A stretch of 64,000 nt of DNA, taken from positions 448,001-512,000 of the forward strand of contig CATQHZ020000001.1 of assembly GCA_958296135.2 (NCBI GenBank), given 5' to 3'. Each line of letters begins with the position of its first letter. The first letter of the stretch is position 1. Made by a program: the position numbers and the translations under genes. The DNA is from an uncultured Poribacteria bacterium (GTDB lineage: Bacteria > Poribacteria > WGA-4E > WGA-3G). The notes beneath the pieces are model-generated. The model did no database searches. It had not been told where the DNA came from and saw nothing but the letters and a program-made list of their open reading frames with translations. Positions 58,825 to 64,000 of this stretch are shown piece by piece.

Positions 58825-59302
58825 CGAAATCCGCGCGCAATTTCACGAAGAAAGTCTTGTTCGTTCGTGTAGCGGTGAGGGATGCACGGTTGACATGAAT
58901 GGCGTGCCAGCTAAGCGGGTTATTGTCAATCTGGAAACGGAGTTCGATTGGCGCAAAAAGAGAGAGAAACGGTGCGACCGGCTCCTCTTCTTTACGGCTC
59001 AAGACACCCTTGTTGCAGCCGCAATTGAGCTCAAAAGTGGGGGTGCTTCCGAATCGGCAGTAATTGCCCAGTTAGAAAGTAGCCTGCATTTCATCAATAG
59101 GGACATCGTTCCAGTTTCACTTCAATCACAAATTGAATACGTGCTAGTTCTGTTTCATGGTGGCCGTATGAAGTGGACGAGCCCGAAAAAGAAACAGCAG
59201 CAACTTGAGGTATTTTTCGGTGGAACGAGGTTGCCTGTTCAAACGGGGCGTTGTGGTAGACCTAGGAACCTCGCGGGCCTTCTCTTTAAGAAGCGGCGGT
59301 AG
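58802..59302 (+). CDS. Hypothetical PD-(D/E)xK-like protein
   Basis: RCDRLLF...AIELKSG...Q pattern; overlaps the end of the ATPase gene. Confidence 0.55.
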   Translation: MNASRLLNEIRAQFHEESLVRSCSGEGCTVDMNGVPAKRVIVNLETEFDWRKKREKRCDRLLFFTAQDTLVAAAIELKSGGASESAVIAQLESSLHFINRDIVPVSLQSQIEYVLVLFHGGRMKWTSPKKKQQQLEVFFGGTRLPVQTGRCGRPRNLAGLLFKKRR

Positions 59303-59335
59303 TCTCGCGTAGATGCGGTACAACGCGAAAAAAGG

Positions 59336-59365
59336 TTGACTCTATTTCGCCCCGGTAGGTATAAT
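59336..59365 (+). promoter_or_regulatory. Sigma70-type promoter of the R-M operon
   Basis: TTGACT-N18-TATAAT. Confidence 0.6.
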
Positions 59366-59445
59366 GTTGAAAAGATTTCTGCCGAGTCCGTTAGGCACGA
59401 CGCGCGCCTTCCCGCAACGCAGAACTTCTTGTAGCAGGAAATTCT

Positions 59446-60093
59446 ATGAACTTGATAGAGCAACAAATCAGGGAACTTGCCTCTGGATACGCTGCCAGGT
59501 TTGAGGCCCGAGTCGCTGATAGAACATCGGAAATGGAAAGCGACGATAACTCTCATCACCTCATCTACCAAGTGTTCGGTGTGCCGGCGGCGGAAGGGCA
59601 ACTTATCGACCTTTATCAGAACAAGGGCCGGTTTCTTTATCGATACGCCGGTGCCTTTCTGGAGGAAGCAACGCTCATATGCTTTCGTCATAAATTCCCT
59701 GATGCCGAAACCAAAGTGAGAATTCCTAATACGAGGGACCACAGCCCGAAAACGTTTGAGCTTGACTGTTTAGTCGGCAAGGAAGCCTTTGAAATAAAAT
59801 GGCGCGATGCTACAACTGATGGAGACCACGTCACTAAAGAGCACACTCGGGCGAAAGCGATTCAGGGAGCCGGCTATACGCCTATCAGAATTATGTTTTA
59901 CTACCCAAACCGTGCGCGGGCGATAAAAATTCAGGACACACTCAAAACAGTTTATGCAGGGTTGGGTGGGGAGTATTACGCGGGAGATGACGCGTGGACA
60001 TACGTCAGAACGAAAACGGGTGTTGATTTGAAGGCGATTTTAACCCAGATAACTGACGAAAAGGCAACACGGCAACCGATAGGGGCGAGCTAA
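59446..60093 (+). CDS. ApaLI-like type II restriction endonuclease
   Basis: YQNKGRFLY.YAG.FLE and EIKWRDATTDGDH.TKEH motifs. Confidence 0.8.
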   Translation: MNLIEQQIRELASGYAARFEARVADRTSEMESDDNSHHLIYQVFGVPAAEGQLIDLYQNKGRFLYRYAGAFLEEATLICFRHKFPDAETKVRIPNTRDHSPKTFELDCLVGKEAFEIKWRDATTDGDHVTKEHTRAKAIQGAGYTPIRIMFYYPNRARAIKIQDTLKTVYAGLGGEYYAGDDAWTYVRTKTGVDLKAILTQITDEKATRQPIGAS

Positions 60094-60240
60094 TAGGGTC
60101 CTAAGTCCGTTTGCAAAACTGGCATGCGAGGGACAGGGGACATCGCTGCAGGAAAACGGGCAGAGCTGAACGCGAAGCGGCGTAACGGCCCGCGCCCTCG
60201 CCCTCGCCCTACGGTGAAAAGGGCCGGAGGAATCATCACC

Positions 60241-61425
60241 ATGACACTCTATACCGGTGACTGTCTTCACGAAATGAAAAAAATAGCGGATGCATCCGTA
60301 GACCTCGTCTGCTTGGATCCGCCGCATTGGACACAGAAGACGCACACGCTGAAGACGAGAGATAACGCTACCACGTATCAGTTCCACGATAGATGGGACG
60401 GTATTGCGGCGTATCGGGATTTTATGCGGCCGCGGCTTGCTGAATGCGCGAGGGTTTTGAAGGAGACGGGTAGCATTTTCCTGCACTGTTACCGTACCGC
60501 TTCGCACCATCTGCGCTTGATTCTGGACGACGTGTTCGGTATGGCGAATTTCAGGAGCGAAATTATCTGGCATTACAAACGCTGGTCGAACGCCAAGAAA
60601 GGCTTGCTGAACTCGCATCAAACCATCTATTTTTATAGCAAGACTGCGTGCTATAAATTTAACACGATGTTCACCGAGTATTCGCCGACGACGAACCTTG
60701 AGCAGATTTTGCAAGATAGGGCTCGAGATGAAAACGGGAAATCTGTCTATCGGAAAGATGCCAGCGGACAAGTGATTTCTGGGAGATTCAAAAAAGGTGT
60801 GCCTTTAACGGACGTTTGGGAGCTGCCTTATTTGAACCCAAACGCGGCGGAGCGCGTCGGGTATCCAACGCAGAAACCGATGTTGCTGTTGGAGCGCATC
60901 ATTAAACTCGTGACAGATGAAGGCGATACGGTGCTGGACCCGTTTTGTGGGAGCGGCACCACGCTTGTCGCGGCGAAACGCTTAAATCGGCACGCTATCG
61001 GCATAGACGTTTCCGCTGAGGCAATCGCTTTAACCCAAAAACGTTTGGAACATCCGATAAGGGGGAGCACCTATCTCTCGAAGACAGATGCCAAGAATTA
61101 TCACGCCCGAGACAGGAACGTCGCGGCGATACTGCAAACGCTGGATGCACGGCGCGTACCTAACAACAAGGGAATAGATGGCATCCTAAGGAAAGATGAT
61201 AACGGGAAAGCCGTCGCGGTCCGCATTCAGCGGGAACATGAAAGCTTACAGGAGGCGAGGGCGTTACTCTTGAAGGCCTGTCAAAATAAGGGATTTGGCA
61301 GAAAAATTCTTATCCGCACAAGCCGCGTCGCGCAAAACGCGCTTTTTGATACGCAGGTTGTTGATGACAAACTGGTCGTGATTGATAGTTGTCAATTTTT
61401 GATAGATTCTATCCTCACCCCGTAG
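60241..61425 (+). CDS. Beta-class N6/N4 DNA methyltransferase
   Basis: Motif IV LDPPH precedes YPTQKP and LDPFCGSGTT. Confidence 0.9.
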   Translation: MTLYTGDCLHEMKKIADASVDLVCLDPPHWTQKTHTLKTRDNATTYQFHDRWDGIAAYRDFMRPRLAECARVLKETGSIFLHCYRTASHHLRLILDDVFGMANFRSEIIWHYKRWSNAKKGLLNSHQTIYFYSKTACYKFNTMFTEYSPTTNLEQILQDRARDENGKSVYRKDASGQVISGRFKKGVPLTDVWELPYLNPNAAERVGYPTQKPMLLLERIIKLVTDEGDTVLDPFCGSGTTLVAAKRLNRHAIGIDVSAEAIALTQKRLEHPIRGSTYLSKTDAKNYHARDRNVAAILQTLDARRVPNNKGIDGILRKDDNGKAVAVRIQREHESLQEARALLLKACQNKGFGRKILIRTSRVAQNALFDTQVVDDKLVVIDSCQFLIDSILTP

Positions 61426-61443
61426 CACTCGCGAGAGAAAAAT

Positions 61444-64000
61444 ATGCACACTTTCAACACAATTCTTGACACTCTCCGCCGCCCGTTTCCGCAAGAAATG
61501 CGCAAGGGTTGCCGCGACGATGTTGTCGTTAACGGCTTGGGCCAATATGTCCAACTGTGGGTGAGGAAAGCGGATGCCTTGCCGCTCATGTCTGACGAAA
61601 AGCAGGTGATGGACAGCCTCGCTGGCCTTTTTGAAGACTACGCACGCTTATCGCCCGCCGAACGGGAGGCCGCCATTCAGGATGCAACGCAGCGGATTGA
61701 CGCGGCGCTGTCAACGAAGAATCGCGCGCAGGCACTCCCGCCGCCCATCGCGAAGAATCCGAAGGCTGCATCGGCGGAGAATTTACCGTTGTTTCGCGCG
61801 GCGAGCCGACAAACGCAAAGGACGGCGAGGGACAGGCACGCGCCCTACGGGGATGAGGGAGATGAGGGAGATATGGGCATGGTAATGGAGAGTGCCGCGC
61901 CCTACGGGGATGAGGGAGATGAGGGAGATATGGGCATGGTAATGGAGCGTGCCACGCCCTACGGGACAGAAACGCAGGAGGTGTCCGTTCCGATTTCAGA
62001 TGTCCCCGTTTCAATGGATGTGGACGCACTTGCGGTGTTCGCAAATTCGTTGCAGTATCTCAAAGGCATCGGCCCGCGACGCGCGGCGATGTTGCTGGCA
62101 GAATTAGACATCCGCACCATCGGTGACTTGCTGGCATACTACCCGCGCGATTACATCGACCGGTCGAAAACGGTAGATATTTACAATGTCGGCAGAACAC
62201 TGGATGGCGAACCGGAAACGATTCAGGGGAAAGTTGTCAACCATACCGCGGGCTTGCCGGCGGCGAAAGGCAAAACGCGCGTCGGCAAAGTCTCGATTTA
62301 CGATGGGACAGGTGTTGCGGTGCTGGTGAATTTCGGGCGGCGCATCGGCTATATCAAATCCATTCTGCCGATTGACACCGAAGTGGTGGTGAGTGGCAAG
62401 TTCTCGCGCCGTTACAACGAAATCCAAGCTACCGATTATGAATTTGAGGTGTTTGACGCGGATAGCGAAACGCTTATTCACACGAAGCGCATCGTGCCGA
62501 AATACGCGCTCACGGCGAAACTGACAGCGAAAATGGTGCGCACATGGATGCGAACCGCGCTGGATGCATACGGCGACGCAATCCCCGAAATTTTGCCGTT
62601 ACCTATCCGTCAACGCCAGCAGCTCGTCGATAGACGGACTGCGGTGAACGAGATTCATTTTCCTACCTCGGAGGCGCACCGGCTCGCGGCGCAGAAACGG
62701 TTGGCGTTTGACGAATTTTTCTTGCTGAGCCTTGGAATGGAATTGAAGAAGGACCAGAAGACTTCACAGAAGGGCATTCCGTTTCGGATGGATACGTCAT
62801 TTGACGCGCGGCGAGTTCGCGGGGGACAGGCCCCCGCGCTACGGGGCCAAGCGGCGGCATTTGACGCGCGGCGAGTTCGCGGGGGACAGGCCCCCGCGCT
62901 ACGGGGAGGAAGCCCTGACATCCTACAGCAATTCGTTGACTCGCTGCCGTTTGAACTGACCGGGGCGCAACAGCGCGTCTTCAACGAAATCCGATCGGAT
63001 ATGCAGTCCCCGAAGGTGATGAATCGCCTCATCCAAGGCGATGTTGGTTCGGGGAAGACGGTGGTGGCAGCAATGGCATTGCTCGGCGCGATTCAGAACG
63101 GGTATCAAGGCGCGCTGATGGTGCCGACAGAAATCCTCGCCGAGCAACACTACAATAACTTATCAGATTTGTTGACACCGCTCGGGCTCAACGTCGTGCT
63201 GCTGAAAAGCGATTTGCCGAGAGCGACGCGCGAGGCGGCTCTCGCGGCGATTACCGAGGGGACAGCACACCTCATCGTTGGGACGCAGGCATTAATACAA
63301 GAAGGCGTGGATTTCCACAAACTGGGCATCGCCATCATCGATGAACAGCATCGGTTCGGCGTGATGCAACGCGCGACGCTCCGGCATAAGGGCCAAACGC
63401 CCGATGTCCTCGTCATGACAGCGACACCGATTCCGAGGACGCTCTCGCTGACGATTTATGGGGATTTAAACGTTTCTGTCATCGATGAACTGCCGCCCGG
63501 CAGGCAGAAGATTGAGACGACGTGGGTGAAAGAGAATGAGCGGCAGAAACTCTACGCGAAGCTTGAACGGGAAGTGCGCAAGGGAAAGCAGGCATACATT
63601 GTCTATCCGCTTGTCGAGGAATCCGAGAAACTGGCGGAACTGAAAGCGGCGACGAGCATGGCGGCGCACTTCCAAAACGACATCTTTCCACACTTGCGGG
63701 TGGGATTGCTACACGGGCAAATGAAAGCGGCGGAAAAACAGGAGACGATGGCGCAATTCAAGGCACGTCACATCGATATCCTCGTCGCAACGACGGTTAT
63801 TGAGGTGGGGATTGACGTTCCGAATGCGACATTGATGGTGATTGAACACGCGGAACGGTTCGGTTTGGCGCAGTTGCATCAGTTGCGCGGGCGCGTCGGT
63901 AGAGGACGCGATAAATCAGAGTGCTACCTCGTCGCCACGCCGAAGACAGACGATGCCTATCGCCGCGTGCAGGTGATGGTGCGCACAAACAACGGGTTTG
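61444..64000 (+). CDS. recG: ATP-dependent DNA helicase RecG (runs off the window end; absent from the ORF track)
   Basis: LKGIGP...YYPR.Y.DR, LPFELTGAQ, QGDVGSGKT, DEQHRFG, MTATPIPR and QLHQLRGRVGR in one frame from the ATG at 61444. Confidence 0.95.
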   Translation, partial: MHTFNTILDTLRRPFPQEMRKGCRDDVVVNGLGQYVQLWVRKADALPLMSDEKQVMDSLAGLFEDYARLSPAEREAAIQDATQRIDAALSTKNRAQALPPPIAKNPKAASAENLPLFRAASRQTQRTARDRHAPYGDEGDEGDMGMVMESAAPYGDEGDEGDMGMVMERATPYGTETQEVSVPISDVPVSMDVDALAVFANSLQYLKGIGPRRAAMLLAELDIRTIGDLLAYYPRDYIDRSKTVDIYNVGRTLDGEPETIQGKVVNHTAGLPAAKGKTRVGKVSIYDGTGVAVLVNFGRRIGYIKSILPIDTEVVVSGKFSRRYNEIQATDYEFEVFDADSETLIHTKRIVPKYALTAKLTAKMVRTWMRTALDAYGDAIPEILPLPIRQRQQLVDRRTAVNEIHFPTSEAHRLAAQKRLAFDEFFLLSLGMELKKDQKTSQKGIPFRMDTSFDARRVRGGQAPALRGQAAAFDARRVRGGQAPALRGGSPDILQQFVDSLPFELTGAQQRVFNEIRSDMQSPKVMNRLIQGDVGSGKTVVAAMALLGAIQNGYQGALMVPTEILAEQHYNNLSDLLTPLGLNVVLLKSDLPRATREAALAAITEGTAHLIVGTQALIQEGVDFHKLGIAIIDEQHRFGVMQRATLRHKGQTPDVLVMTATPIPRTLSLTIYGDLNVSVIDELPPGRQKIETTWVKENERQKLYAKLEREVRKGKQAYIVYPLVEESEKLAELKAATSMAAHFQNDIFPHLRVGLLHGQMKAAEKQETMAQFKARHIDILVATTVIEVGIDVPNATLMVIEHAERFGLAQLHQLRGRVGRGRDKSECYLVATPKTDDAYRRVQVMVRTNNGF

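Noticed and set aside
60124-60240. N-terminal extension of the methyltransferase
   Set aside because: It is an expanded REP; the GGAGG RBS precedes the ATG at 60241.

Overview
A 64-kb bacterial chromosomal window, probably from Candidatus Poribacteria or a relative. This is an inference from a C-terminal 'VEPxDKLATTWGxIK' motif, DUF6785-type membrane proteins, an 'IPDPALRA' LRR-cap remnant and a GHWHGDEWH protein. Housekeeping genes (nadC, dnaN, double-length uvrA, era, rbsK, mgtE, aroC, polA, ubiD-like, recG) are interleaved with carbohydrate/redox enzymes and accessory DNA. Main observations: (1) a tandem array of ABC-ATPase + TOPRIM (PARIS/AriAB-like) genes, with three ATPases, two nucleases and a duplicated promoter block; (2) directly upstream, a co-oriented mgtE-CHAD-ROK kinase-VTC/CYTH-like run that looks like a polyphosphate module; (3) several GTAG-type REP families that occur in frame inside core proteins (UvrA, RbsK, RecG, a TrxR-like enzyme), supply stop codons and ribosome-binding sites, and appear to have fused a J-domain gene to a PhyH dioxygenase; (4) a ~2.3-kb insert bounded by a 9-bp direct repeat inside an inverted REP pair; (5) a second defence islet (Uma2, ABC ATPase + PD-(D/E)xK-like protein, ApaLI-like R-M). 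No rRNA, tRNA, CRISPR array or transposase was recognised. All family calls come from motif recognition by eye, not from database searches.
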